A stretch of DNA of 64,000 bases, from positions 1,664,001 through 1,728,000 of the forward strand of contig OY969814.1 of assembly GCA_963703345.1 (NCBI GenBank), given 5' to 3'. The notes below the pieces were generated by a model, which worked only from the letters and a program-made list of their open reading frames with translations, ran no database searches and was not told where the DNA came from. Positions 37,615 to 47,523 of this stretch are shown in pieces (the stretch's first letter is position 1; each line of letters opens with the position of its first letter). The DNA comes from an uncultured Chloroflexia bacterium (GTDB lineage: Bacteria > Chloroflexota > Dehalococcoidia > DSTF01 > JALHUB01). Both the position numbers and the translations under genes were made by a program.

Positions 37615-39831
37615 CTAGGCTTCGACCTTCTCCAGCGGCGCAAACGATAGCAGCAGCTTCTTGATGCCCGCTTCCCCCTTGAACGCCACTGTCACCTTCT
37701 GGTCCGACGCCTCGATGTCGCAGCTTACGACGATGCCTTCCCCGAAGCGGGCATGCCGGACGTGGTCGCCGGGGGCGAAGGCGGGCTCGAGCTGCGGCGG
37801 CAACGGCTCGTCGTCCGACGAAGGCGGCCGGTGGAAGGCGCGCAGGTGCGTGCGCGGGGACATTGCGGTCGGCCGCCCCGCCGGTTCAGGCATCGCCAGC
37901 AGCTCTTCCGGTATGTCCTTGAGGAAGCGCGACGACGGGTTGTGCGTCGCCATGCCCATATGATGGCGTCGAAACGCCCGCACGAGGTACAAGCGCTCCT
38001 TGGCCCGCGTGATGCCGACGTAGGCCAGGCGGCGCTCCTCCTCCATCTGCGACGGCTCGTCGAAGGAGCGGATGTGCGGCAACAGGCCTTCCTCCAAACC
38101 AACGATGAACACGATCGGGAACTCCAGCCCCTTCGCCGCGTGCAGGGTGATCAGCGTTACCGCGTCCACCTTCTCGTCGTACTCGTCGGTGTCGGTCATG
38201 AGGGCGGCCTCTTCTAGGAACGTGGGCAGCGCCGCGTCCGGGGCGAGGGCATCGTACTGGGCGGCGACCGTTTGCAACTCCTCGACGTTGTCCCAGCGGT
38301 CCTCGCCGTCCTCGAACTCCGCCAGCAGGTAGTGGCGGTAGTCGATGCGCTCCAGCAACTGGGTCAGGAGGTCAGAGACGGTAAGCGAAGCCGCCTCCGC
38401 AATGAGGTCGTTCAGCAATTCGAGGAAGGCCAGCAGTGCCTTGACCGTCCGAGAGGCGAAGGGATGCGTGCGCTTGCCCTCGTCCGCCTGCTCCTCCTCG
38501 GCGATGAGCTGAAGCGCGGCGTAAGCCGGCACGTTCATCTCCGCAGACCAGCGCGCCAGCTCCTCCAGCGTCCGCTGCCCGATGCCTCGCGCCGGCACGT
38601 TGATGACCCGCGTCAGGCTGAGGCTATCGAAGGGGTTGTGGACGAGCCGCAGGTAGGCGATGACGTCCTTCACTTCGCGCCGCTCGTAGAAGCGCGTCCC
38701 GCCGACCAGCCGGTAGCGCAGGTTGTCGCGCACGAACACCTCTTCCAATGACCGCGACTGGGCGTTCGTCCGGTACATAACGGCGATGTCGCCCCAGCGG
38801 TGCTCGCCGGTCCGCACCAGCCGTTGCGCCTCGTCGGCGACGAACTCCGCTTCCTCTTCCTCGTCGTAGGCTTCGTAGGCGACGATGGGCGTGCCGGCGC
38901 CCTTCTCCGTCCAGAGCTTCTTCTCCTTGCGCTGCTGGTTGACGCTAATCACGGAGTTCGCTGAGTCGAGGATGTTCTGTGTCGAGCGGTAGTTCTGCTC
39001 GAGGTAGACGACGCGCGCGTCCGGGTAGTCGCGTTCGAAGTTCAGGATGTTGCGCAGGTCGGCGGAGCGCCAGGAGTAGATCGACTGGTCGGGGTCGCCG
39101 ACGACGCAGATGTTGCGGTGAAGGCCCGCAAGCTGCCGCGCCAGCACGTACTGGGCGACGTTCGTGTCCTGGAACTCGTCGATGAGGACGTGAAGATAGC
39201 GCTCCTGGTACTTGCGCAGCACCTCCTCGTCGTGACGAAAGAGAAGCGCCGTCTTGAGGAGAAGGTCGTCGAAGTCGAGGGCGTTGTTGTCGGCAAGCGC
39301 CTTCTCGTAGCGCTCGTAGGCGCGGGAGACGATCTCCTCGAAGTAGCTGGCGACGGTCTTGGCGTAGCTCTCCGGCGTCGCCAGCTCGCTCTTCGCCTTC
39401 GATATGACGGACAGCACGGCGCGAGACGGATAGCGCTTGGGATCGACGCCCATGTCGGCCAGAACGCGGCGCATCAGCGTCATCTGGTCGGCGTCGTCGT
39501 AGATCACGAAGCCGCGGGCGACGCCAGCGCGCTCGCCATCGATTCGAAGCATGCGCGAGCAGACGGCGTGGAAGGTGCCCAGGGTCAGCGCCCGCGTCCG
39601 CTCGCCGATCAGGCCGTAGACGCGGTCCCGCATCTCGCGCGCCGCCTTGTTCGTGAACGTGACGGCGAGGATTCGGTACGGGTCGACGCCTTGGCCGGCG
39701 ACGAGGTAAGCGATGCGGTGGGCGATGACGCGCGTCTTGCCGCTGCCCGGCCCCGCCAGTATGAGGAGGGGGCCTCCGGCGGTCTGCACGGCCTCGCGTT
39801 GAGGCGCATTGAGCTCTTCGAGAACGTCCAT
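37615..39831 (-). CDS. pcrA: ATP-dependent DNA helicase PcrA/UvrD
   Basis: AGPGSGKT, TFTNKAA, DEFQDTN, QNYRST, TLHAAKGLEF, EERRLAYVGITRA, C-terminal Tudor domain. Confidence 0.97.
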   Translation of the reverse strand: MDVLEELNAPQREAVQTAGGPLLILAGPGSGKTRVIAHRIAYLVAGQGVDPYRILAVTFTNKAAREMRDRVYGLIGERTRALTLGTFHAVCSRMLRIDGERAGVARGFVIYDDADQMTLMRRVLADMGVDPKRYPSRAVLSVISKAKSELATPESYAKTVASYFEEIVSRAYERYEKALADNNALDFDDLLLKTALLFRHDEEVLRKYQERYLHVLIDEFQDTNVAQYVLARQLAGLHRNICVVGDPDQSIYSWRSADLRNILNFERDYPDARVVYLEQNYRSTQNILDSANSVISVNQQRKEKKLWTEKGAGTPIVAYEAYDEEEEAEFVADEAQRLVRTGEHRWGDIAVMYRTNAQSRSLEEVFVRDNLRYRLVGGTRFYERREVKDVIAYLRLVHNPFDSLSLTRVINVPARGIGQRTLEELARWSAEMNVPAYAALQLIAEEEQADEGKRTHPFASRTVKALLAFLELLNDLIAEAASLTVSDLLTQLLERIDYRHYLLAEFEDGEDRWDNVEELQTVAAQYDALAPDAALPTFLEEAALMTDTDEYDEKVDAVTLITLHAAKGLEFPIVFIVGLEEGLLPHIRSFDEPSQMEEERRLAYVGITRAKERLYLVRAFRRHHMGMATHNPSSRFLKDIPEELLAMPEPAGRPTAMSPRTHLRAFHRPPSSDDEPLPPQLEPAFAPGDHVRHARFGEGIVVSCDIEASDQKVTVAFKGEAGIKKLLLSFAPLEKVEA

Positions 39832-40033
39832 AAGTGTAGCGACGCGTCCAGCGGGAAAGAAGCCGTCGATGGCTTCGCGTGGCGAGTCTATTCTAGCAGC
39901 GGCATCCTCCTCGCTCAACGCGAAGCAGCCGGCCCCGTCTCGTCAATGACAGTAGCGCGGAACGCGTGCTATAATCGCGGCGAACGTGGGGACAGAGGAC
40001 TAGGTTCGGAAGTCATCTTCTGGAGAGAGAGAT

Positions 40034-40609
40034 ATGGGCCCGTTCTCCGATTGGACCACCGTGGTGAAGCTGCTCATCGCGCTCGCGGCCTCGTACTGGG
40101 CGATTCTCTGGCTCAGCGCCGTCATCTGGACGTATCGCGACAGCAAGGAGCGGGACGGCGACTCCCTGTCCCAGACCATCGCGGTCGTGCTGGTGCTCGT
40201 CTTCAACATTCCGGGGCTTATCCTCTACCTCATCCTGCGCCCGCATGAAACGCTGGCCGAGGCGTACATCCGCAACCTGGAGACGGAGGCGATGCTGCAC
40301 GAGGTGGACGACCAGCAGCTCTGCTACGCCTGCCAGAAACACATCCGGCGCGACTTTGCTTTTTGCCCGCACTGTCGCACTCGCCTGCTGGAAGACTGCG
40401 CCGCCTGTGGCAAACCGATAAGCCTCAATTGGGCGATCTGCGCCTACTGCGGCCAGGAGCGAACGCTAGCTGTGGCGAAGAAGCGGGGGGCTGCCGCCGC
40501 CACATCCGGGGCTGCTCAGCCGGTCGCGGGGCCTTCGACGCTGCTTTCGGTGACGCCGGAGAGCAGTGCCGCTCCCGACGCGGGGTCGTCTGAGGTTCCC
40601 GGCTTCTAG
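40034..40609 (+). CDS. Membrane protein with double zinc ribbon
   Basis: Two TM segments, YLILRP, CYAC/CPHC/CAAC/CAYC. Confidence 0.85.
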   Translation: MGPFSDWTTVVKLLIALAASYWAILWLSAVIWTYRDSKERDGDSLSQTIAVVLVLVFNIPGLILYLILRPHETLAEAYIRNLETEAMLHEVDDQQLCYACQKHIRRDFAFCPHCRTRLLEDCAACGKPISLNWAICAYCGQERTLAVAKKRGAAAATSGAAQPVAGPSTLLSVTPESSAAPDAGSSEVPGF

Positions 40610-40702
40610 CGGTCTTCCAAGTCACAGGCTGACAATCGTCGAAGGCCGGGGCTGAAAAGCCTCGGCCAACGTTGTCAGCCTAGGAAGGAGCTCGAATACT
40701 CG

Positions 40703-41071
40703 GTGGCTACTATCACCTTGGCGCTTTCCGAGGCGCCGTACGGACGGGAACGGTTCTACACGGCGTTGCGCTTCCTCCTGGTAGCGCTTCACGAAGGGCA
40801 CAAAGCTAACCTGTTCCTGCTCGAAGACGCCGTCTACGCCGGCAAGAAAGGGCAGGCGCCAGCGGAGATGCCTGTCGGGAGCGAGCGGATGCCCAACGGC
40901 GAGGAACTCCTCAAGGCGGCGATCCTGGAAGGGCTGACGGTCCGGGCCTGTCGCGTCTGCTGCTCGGAGCGAGGCGTAAGTCAGGACGAGCTTATCGACG
41001 GCGTGGAGATCGGCTCGATGCTGGACCTGGTCAACTGGGTCGTCGAGAGCGATAAGGCGCTTTTTTGGTGA
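40703..41071 (+). CDS. DsrE family protein
   Basis: APYGRE, LFLLEDAV, RACRVCCSERG, WVVESDK. Confidence 0.85.
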   Translation: MATITLALSEAPYGRERFYTALRFLLVALHEGHKANLFLLEDAVYAGKKGQAPAEMPVGSERMPNGEELLKAAILEGLTVRACRVCCSERGVSQDELIDGVEIGSMLDLVNWVVESDKALFW

Positions 41072-41096
41072 TGCCGCCCGCTGGAGGATACCGGCG

Positions 41097-42323
41097 ATGA
41101 CAATCGAGATACGCCCGGTCCGCGACGAAGAGCTGGCGGACTTCATCTTCGCCAACGCCTACGCCTTCAATCAGGACAGGCGGCCGGAAGCGCTGGCGGA
41201 GGCAGTCTCGAGGTCGAGGGCGTACGTGCCGCTGGAATGGTCGCTGGCCGGCTTTGTCGATGGACGGCTGGTGGCGGGAATGCGCATCATCCCGCTGGTC
41301 ATGCGCGTCAACGGCGCGCCGCTGGCGATGGGCGCTATAGGCGGCGTGGCCTCCCTGCCGGAGCACCGGCGTCATGGCTACGTCGGCGCGCTGCTGCGAC
41401 GCGCCCTGGCCGATATGCGGGAGCGAGGTCAGGTCCTCTCGGGGTTGTACACGCCTCACGTGCCACTCTACCGTCGCTACGGCTGGGAGATCGCCGCGAG
41501 AAACCTTCGCCTCACGTTCGCGCCGAAAGAGGTGAAGACGCTGGTCGCTCCTCCGGCTGAAGGGCGTTACCGGCGGGTGACGGCGGACGAGTGGCAAACG
41601 CTGAACGACCTCTACGAAGCGTACAGCTCAGAACGGAACGGCGTCCTCGTGCGGTCGGAGTCGTGGTGGCGGGACTGGGTGTTCGGACGGGAGCGCGATA
41701 CGCCGGACGCCGCGCTTTGGGAGGACGGCGAAGGACGGCCGCGCGGCTACGTGCTCTACTATACCCGTCGCGCGGAGCTTCCCGACAGGCCATGGCCGCA
41801 GAGCCGGCTGTGGGTGCGGGAGCTGGCGACACAGGACGCAGGCGCCTGCGTCGCGCTCGTCAATTACCTGCTCTCCCACGACATTCACGAAAAGATCGAG
41901 TGGCTGGCGTCGCCGGACGAGCCGCTGCTCAGCCTGCTGGACGACCCGCAGCGGGTGCGCACCGAAGCCTGGTCGGCGCTGATGCTGCGCATTGTCGATG
42001 TCCCCGCGGCGCTGCGGGCGCGAGGATGTCCGGCTCAGGCGGAGGGCCGCTTCGTACTGGGCGTTCGCGACACCGTGGCGCCGTGGAACGACGGGACGTG
42101 GCGCGTCGAAGCGCAGGGCGGGCGGTTGGAGGTGTCGGCGGACGGCGGCTCAGCGGACCTCGTCGCCGACGCGGCGGTCCTGGCGCCTATCTTCAACGGC
42201 CACCTGTCGCCGCGAGAGGCCGCGCGTATGGGGCGCCTGCAAGTCGAGAGCGAAACGGCGCTGGAAGCGGCCACAGCGGTCTTCTCGGTCAAGCATCCCC
42301 CCTTCTGCCTCGACTGGTTCTAG
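41097..42323 (+). CDS. Eis-like GNAT acetyltransferase with SCP2-like C-terminal domain
   Basis: GGVASLPEHRRHG, LYRRYGWE, MLRIVDV, PWNDG, C-terminal DWF. Confidence 0.9.
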   Translation: MTIEIRPVRDEELADFIFANAYAFNQDRRPEALAEAVSRSRAYVPLEWSLAGFVDGRLVAGMRIIPLVMRVNGAPLAMGAIGGVASLPEHRRHGYVGALLRRALADMRERGQVLSGLYTPHVPLYRRYGWEIAARNLRLTFAPKEVKTLVAPPAEGRYRRVTADEWQTLNDLYEAYSSERNGVLVRSESWWRDWVFGRERDTPDAALWEDGEGRPRGYVLYYTRRAELPDRPWPQSRLWVRELATQDAGACVALVNYLLSHDIHEKIEWLASPDEPLLSLLDDPQRVRTEAWSALMLRIVDVPAALRARGCPAQAEGRFVLGVRDTVAPWNDGTWRVEAQGGRLEVSADGGSADLVADAAVLAPIFNGHLSPREAARMGRLQVESETALEAATAVFSVKHPPFCLDWF

Positions 42324-42331
42324 ACATTTCT

Positions 42332-42478
42332 CCCCGAGCGCGTGTCTGAGGCGTCGCTACCGGCAGCCCGGAGCGCGTGGCTACAAGCGCCCCGAGCGCG
42401 TGTCTGAGGCGTCGCTACCGGCAGCCCGGAGCGCGTGGCCTCAAGCGCCCCGAGCGCGTGTCTGAGACGTCGCTACCG
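42332..42478. repeat. Dispersed 58-bp repeat family, tandem array of about 2.5 units
   Basis: GAGCGCGTGTCTGAG recurs at 42336, 42394 and 42452 (period 58). Confidence 0.92.
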
Positions 42479-42529
42479 CCTCCCGCCTGCCATGCATCGC
42501 CCGCTTGCCGGTGCTATAATTGAAGCCAA

Positions 42530-43609
42530 ATGATCACGATTCCTAGCACAAACCGCGAGGCGGTGCTCTGGGAGGCGGGCGCCGCCGGTAAGCTGCGCTG
42601 CAACGTCTGCCACTGGCGCTGCCTGATCCCCAACGGCGCCTTCGGCGTGTGCCGCATGCGTCGCGCCGTCGACGGGCGAGTCGTACTGTACAACTACCCG
42701 GGCGTCGCCTCGGCGAACAACGACCCGGTGGAGAAGAAGCCGCTCTTTCACTTCCACCCGGGCTCGAACTGCCTGTCGTTGGGCTCGTGGGGGTGCAACT
42801 TCCACTGCAAGCACTGTCAGAACTGGGAGATCTCCTTCGCCTCGCCGGAGCAGGCGCAGCGGCTTTCGCACGACCTGACGCCCGCTGATGCCGTCACCCT
42901 GGCGAAGCGGCTCGGCAGCCAGGGAATCGCCTTCACCTACAACGAGCCCGGCATCTGGCTGGAGTACGCGCTCGACTGCGCGAGGCCGGCGAAAGAGGCG
43001 GGCCTATACACTGTTTTCGTGACGAACGGCTTCAGCACGCCGGAAGCACTCGACCTGATCGGGCCGTACCTCGACGCCTACCGCGTCGACGTGAAGGGCT
43101 TCAGCGATGAGTTCCACCGCGACCTGGCGAAGGTGAGCCGCTGGCGCCGCGTGTTGGAGTCGACGGAGTACGCCAGGAAGCGCTGGGACATGCACGTCGA
43201 AATCGTCACCAACGTCATTCCGACGCTGAACGACGACGAGGCGCAACTCCGCGGAATCGCGCGATGGATCCGCGACGCGCTGGGCGAAGCGACGCCCTGG
43301 CACGTCACCGCCTTTCAGCCGCATCACAAGCTGGGTCATCTGCCGCCGACGCCGGTTGAGACGCTGGACAGGGCGATGGCCATCGGCCGCGAGGAGGGGT
43401 TGCTCTTCGTCTACCCGGGGAACGTCTTCGGCCATCCAGACGAGAGCACGCGCTGTCCGCGCTGCCACGAAGTCGTTATCAGCCGCGCCGGCTACCAGAC
43501 GCGGAAGCGCGCCCTTACGCCCGACGGCAATTGCGCCAATTGCGGCGCCGAGCTCAACATCCGCACGATAGCGTACCAGCGACGCCTGCCCGTCTCCGCA
43601 GCTTCGTGA
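42530..43609 (+). CDS. amrS: AmmeMemoRadiSam system radical SAM enzyme
   Basis: N-terminal CNVCHWRC..CRMR, DPVEKKPLFHF, CNFHCKHCQNWEIS, FTYNEP. Confidence 0.93.
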   Translation: MITIPSTNREAVLWEAGAAGKLRCNVCHWRCLIPNGAFGVCRMRRAVDGRVVLYNYPGVASANNDPVEKKPLFHFHPGSNCLSLGSWGCNFHCKHCQNWEISFASPEQAQRLSHDLTPADAVTLAKRLGSQGIAFTYNEPGIWLEYALDCARPAKEAGLYTVFVTNGFSTPEALDLIGPYLDAYRVDVKGFSDEFHRDLAKVSRWRRVLESTEYARKRWDMHVEIVTNVIPTLNDDEAQLRGIARWIRDALGEATPWHVTAFQPHHKLGHLPPTPVETLDRAMAIGREEGLLFVYPGNVFGHPDESTRCPRCHEVVISRAGYQTRKRALTPDGNCANCGAELNIRTIAYQRRLPVSAAS

Positions 43610-43616
43610 GGGTGCC

Positions 43617-45014
43617 ATGAGCGGAATCGTCTACGCCTGCATCGCGCCTCATCCGCCGGTCATCGTCCACGAGGTGGGCCACGGCCGTGAGGCTGAGACG
43701 CGTCGTACCATTGCCGCCCTGGAACGAGTAGCGGCCGATCTGGCTTCCCTGCGACCGGAGACCGTGATCGTCATCAGCCCGCACGGGCCGGTCCAGGCGG
43801 AGGGCGCCGGCATACTGGCGACCCGCGAGGTCAACGGCGACATGGGACGCTGGGACGCGCCACAGGTCCGCTTCGATTTCGAGAACGACCTCGATACTGT
43901 AGCGGCCATCCAATCGGAGGCCGAGGCGGCGCAGTTGCCGCTCGTAGCGCTGGAGCAGTGGGACGACGGCGCCATCGAAGGGCTCGACTGGGGCTGCACG
44001 GTGCCGCTGTACTATCTGCGCTCCGGCCTAGAGGGAGCTCGCCTCGTTCCGATAGCGCCGTCGTTCGGGACGCTGCGCTACCATTACGCGCTCGGCGAAG
44101 CGATCGGGCGGGCGATGGCGCAGCTTTCGAAGCGAGCGGCCGTCATTTGCAGCGCCGACCTGTCGCACGCCCTGCTGCCGGGCGCTCCCAGCCGCTATGA
44201 TCCGGCGGGTCGCGAGTTCGACAGCGCTTATCAGGACGCTATCGCGACGTGGGACGTCGATTGGGTTCTGGAGGCGACGCGCGACTTTCGGGCCCGCGCC
44301 GCCGAGGATGCGCTGCCACAAACGGCGATGCTTATGGGCATCTTGAGCGCGCACGAGGTCCGGCCGCGCATCCTTTCGTACGAAGGGCCGTTCGGCGTCG
44401 GCTACATGGTGGCGGCGATTGACGTCGGCGGAACGGACGGGACTGAGGCAGGGGACGTCGAGCCGGCAGCCGAGCGGACGCCGCGTGAGCCGCAGCATCC
44501 CTATGTGCAGCTCGCCAAGCAGACCGTCGAGCGTTTCGTCCGCGCCGACCGCTTTCTCTGGTCGCAGGACCTGCCGCTCGAGATCGGGGCCGCTTTCGAG
44601 TCGGAGCCACCGGCAGGCGTCTTCGTCTCGATAAAGAAGCACGGCGACCTGCGCGGCTGCATCGGCACCATCGAGGCAACGCAGACGAACGTGGGCATGG
44701 AGATCGTGCACAACGCCGTCGCCGCCTGCAGTCGTGACCCACGCTTTCTGCCGATTACGGATGACGAGCTGCACCACTTGACCTACAGTGTCGACGTGCT
44801 GACGGAGCCGGAGCTTATTGGCGGCGAGGACGAGCTGGACCCGAGCCGCTACGGAGTCATCGTCGAGTGCGCTGGGCGTCGCGGGCTGCTCCTGCCCGAC
44901 CTGGAAGGCGTCGACAGCGTCGAGGAGCAGGTGCGGATCGCGCGCATGAAGGCGGGCATCGGCGACGACAAGACCGTGAAGCTGTACCGCTTCGAGGTGC
45001 AGCGCTACACCTGA
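43617..45014 (+). CDS. amrA: Fused LigB/Memo-like (AmrB) and AMMECR1 (AmrA) protein
   Basis: PHPP, ISPHG, SADLSH, YEGPFGVGY; C-terminal GVFVS, LRGCIGT, DPRF, GLLLPDL. Confidence 0.9.
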   Translation: MSGIVYACIAPHPPVIVHEVGHGREAETRRTIAALERVAADLASLRPETVIVISPHGPVQAEGAGILATREVNGDMGRWDAPQVRFDFENDLDTVAAIQSEAEAAQLPLVALEQWDDGAIEGLDWGCTVPLYYLRSGLEGARLVPIAPSFGTLRYHYALGEAIGRAMAQLSKRAAVICSADLSHALLPGAPSRYDPAGREFDSAYQDAIATWDVDWVLEATRDFRARAAEDALPQTAMLMGILSAHEVRPRILSYEGPFGVGYMVAAIDVGGTDGTEAGDVEPAAERTPREPQHPYVQLAKQTVERFVRADRFLWSQDLPLEIGAAFESEPPAGVFVSIKKHGDLRGCIGTIEATQTNVGMEIVHNAVAACSRDPRFLPITDDELHHLTYSVDVLTEPELIGGEDELDPSRYGVIVECAGRRGLLLPDLEGVDSVEEQVRIARMKAGIGDDKTVKLYRFEVQRYT

Positions 45015-45065
45015 TCCGCTCCGCTCTACCTCTCAAGTCCAACGTATAATAGAATCACCTGGGCT

Positions 45066-46724
45066 TTGCCAGCGAGGTCGGAGTTGCCGGAGAAGATCTT
45101 CATCGGTGTGGCGTGGCCGTATGCCAACGGCTCCCTTCACCTCGGCCAGATAGCGGGCGCGTACCTGCCGCCGGACATCTTCGCGCGCTATCACCGTCTG
45201 AAGGGAAACACCGTCCTAATGGTATCGGGCAGCGACCAGCATGGCACACCGATAACCGTCCGCGCGCAAGAGGAGGGCGTTACGCCGGCGGAGTTGGCGG
45301 CGCGCTTCCATCAGGAGTTCCTCGAATCGTGGCGAGCGCTGGGCATCGGCTTCGACCTGTACACGACAACGGGCACGCCAAACCACGCCGCCGTGACGCA
45401 GGACATGTTCCTGCGCCTGCACGAGAAAGGCGACATCTACCTCGACAGGATGCGGCTGCCTTACTGCACGGTCGAGCAGAAGTTCCTCCTCGACCGCTAT
45501 GTCGAAGGCACCTGCCCGATCTGCGGCTACACGGCTGCCCGCGGCGACCAGTGCGACAACTGCGGCAACCCGCTGGACCCGGAGGATCTGATCGACGCGC
45601 ACTGCAAGTTCGACGGCTCTACGCCGGAGGTACGGGAGTCGGAGCACTTCTTTCTTCGCCTCAGCGCTTATAACGAGCGGCTGAAAACCTGGCTTTCGAA
45701 GGACAAGGGGCACTGGCGACGGAACGTGCTGAACTTCTCGCTGGGGGCGCTGGAGCAGGGCCTGCGCGACCGGGCGATCACCCGTGACGTCGAATGGGGA
45801 ATCGAGATACCGCTGTCCGGCTACGAGCAGAAACGCATCTACGTCTGGTTCGAGGCCGTCATCGGCTACCTGTCGGCGGCGAAGGAATGGGCGCAGCTTC
45901 GCGGCACGCCGGAGGCCTGGCGCGAGTTCTGGGAAGATTCGAACTGCAAGAGCTACTACTTCATCGGCAAGGACAACATCTGGTTCCACACGCTGAGCTG
46001 GCCGTCGATGCTGATGGCTTACGGCGGCCTGAACCTGCCCTACGACGTTCCGGCAAACCAGTACCTGAACTTCGGCGGCGGCAAAGCTTCGACGAGCCGC
46101 GGCACGGCGCCCTTTCTGCCCGACTACCTCGCGCGCTACGACGCCGATACGCTGCGCTACCACCTGGCGGCGATCATGCCGGAGACGGCGGACAGCGAGT
46201 TTAGCGACGCCGATCTGCTGCGTCGCAACAACGACGAGCTGGTGGCGACCTGGGGGAACCTGGCGCATCGAGTGCTCACGTTCACCTATCGCCGCTTCGA
46301 CGGCCGCGTGCCGGCGCCGGGCGAACTCGACGCGGAGAGCCAGGTCCTGCTGGCGAAGGCGGACGCGGCGCTGAGCGAGGTCGGCGAGAACATCGGGCTG
46401 TGCCGCTTTCGCGCGGGGCTTTCGGCGGCGATGGGCTTCGCGCAGGAGACGAACCGCTACCTGGACGACAAGGCGCCCTGGAAGGCGATCCGCGACGACC
46501 CGCAGGCGGCGGCGATGTCGCTCTACACGGCGCTGGGCGCGATAAACGCCCTCAAGGTCGCTTTCTACCCGTATTTGCCGTTCACCTGCGAGCGGCTGCA
46601 CGGCTTCCTCGGCTTCGACGGCGAAGTGGCGTCGGGTGGCTGGCAGACGGCGCTGGTGCCGCCGGGCCAGCCGCTACGGGAGCCGGAGGCGCTGTTCAAG
46701 AAGCTGGAGCCGCCGGAGGAATGA
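45066..46724 (+). CDS. metG: Methionine-tRNA ligase (short form)
   Basis: [19 protein letters not shown], zinc knuckle, YVWFEA, GKDN; alternative start TTG 45084. Confidence 0.96.
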   Translation: MPARSELPEKIFIGVAWPYANGSLHLGQIAGAYLPPDIFARYHRLKGNTVLMVSGSDQHGTPITVRAQEEGVTPAELAARFHQEFLESWRALGIGFDLYTTTGTPNHAAVTQDMFLRLHEKGDIYLDRMRLPYCTVEQKFLLDRYVEGTCPICGYTAARGDQCDNCGNPLDPEDLIDAHCKFDGSTPEVRESEHFFLRLSAYNERLKTWLSKDKGHWRRNVLNFSLGALEQGLRDRAITRDVEWGIEIPLSGYEQKRIYVWFEAVIGYLSAAKEWAQLRGTPEAWREFWEDSNCKSYYFIGKDNIWFHTLSWPSMLMAYGGLNLPYDVPANQYLNFGGGKASTSRGTAPFLPDYLARYDADTLRYHLAAIMPETADSEFSDADLLRRNNDELVATWGNLAHRVLTFTYRRFDGRVPAPGELDAESQVLLAKADAALSEVGENIGLCRFRAGLSAAMGFAQETNRYLDDKAPWKAIRDDPQAAAMSLYTALGAINALKVAFYPYLPFTCERLHGFLGFDGEVASGGWQTALVPPGQPLREPEALFKKLEPPEE

Positions 46725-47506
46725 CGCCGTTGTTCGACTCCCACTGCCACTTGCAGATGCCGGCCTTTGCGTCCGACCTGCCAGAGGTGCTGGAGCGGGC
46801 GCGGCAGGAGGGATGGGAGGCGAGCGTGGTTATCGGCATGGACGTGCCGAGCAGCCGGCAGGCGATTGACCTTGCCTCACGCTACGAGGGGCTTTACGCT
46901 ACCGTTGGGATGCATCCGCATGACGCAAGCTGCCTCGACGAGGAAGCGCTGGTGGCGCTGCGGGCGCTGGCGAAGGAGCCGCGGGTCGTCGCTATCGGTG
47001 AGACCGGGCTCGATTTCTATCGCAACCTGTCGGCGCCAGCGCTCCAGAGGAAGGCGTTTCGGGAGGAGCTCGCGCTGGCGTCGGAGGTGGACCTGCCGGT
47101 CGTGATTCACTCGCGACAGGCGCAGGAGGAGACGTTCGCGATCCTGCGGGACTGGGCAGACGGTCAGCCGGAGGCGAGGAAGCCATTCGGCGTGCTGCAC
47201 TGCTTCGCCGGCGATTCGGTGCTCGCGGAGGCGTACGTGGGACTGGGGTTCATGATATCGTTCGCGGGGAACGTCACGTATCCGAACGCGAGGCGGTTAC
47301 AGGCGGCTACGGCGTCGGTGCCGTTGGACGGCCTGCTCGTCGAAACCGATTGCCCGTTCCTGGCGCCGCAGAGCCGCCGCGGTAGGCGCTGCGAACCGGC
47401 GCACCTGCGGGAGACCGTCGAGTCCGTCGCCGGACTGCGGGGCAGCAGCGTCGCTGAGGTGGCCGGCGCAACGGCGGCGAACGCGCGGCGGCTTTACCGG
47501 CTGTAA
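46721..47506 (+). CDS. tatD: TatD family nuclease
   Basis: [35 protein letters not shown]; ATGA overlap with metG. Confidence 0.94.
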   Translation: MTPLFDSHCHLQMPAFASDLPEVLERARQEGWEASVVIGMDVPSSRQAIDLASRYEGLYATVGMHPHDASCLDEEALVALRALAKEPRVVAIGETGLDFYRNLSAPALQRKAFREELALASEVDLPVVIHSRQAQEETFAILRDWADGQPEARKPFGVLHCFAGDSVLAEAYVGLGFMISFAGNVTYPNARRLQAATASVPLDGLLVETDCPFLAPQSRRGRRCEPAHLRETVESVAGLRGSSVAEVAGATAANARRLYRL

Positions 47507-47523
47507 GGTAAAATGAGGGGGCG

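Noticed and set aside
42332-42478. CRISPR array
   Set aside because: Units are near-identical with no unique spacers, and no cas genes are present.
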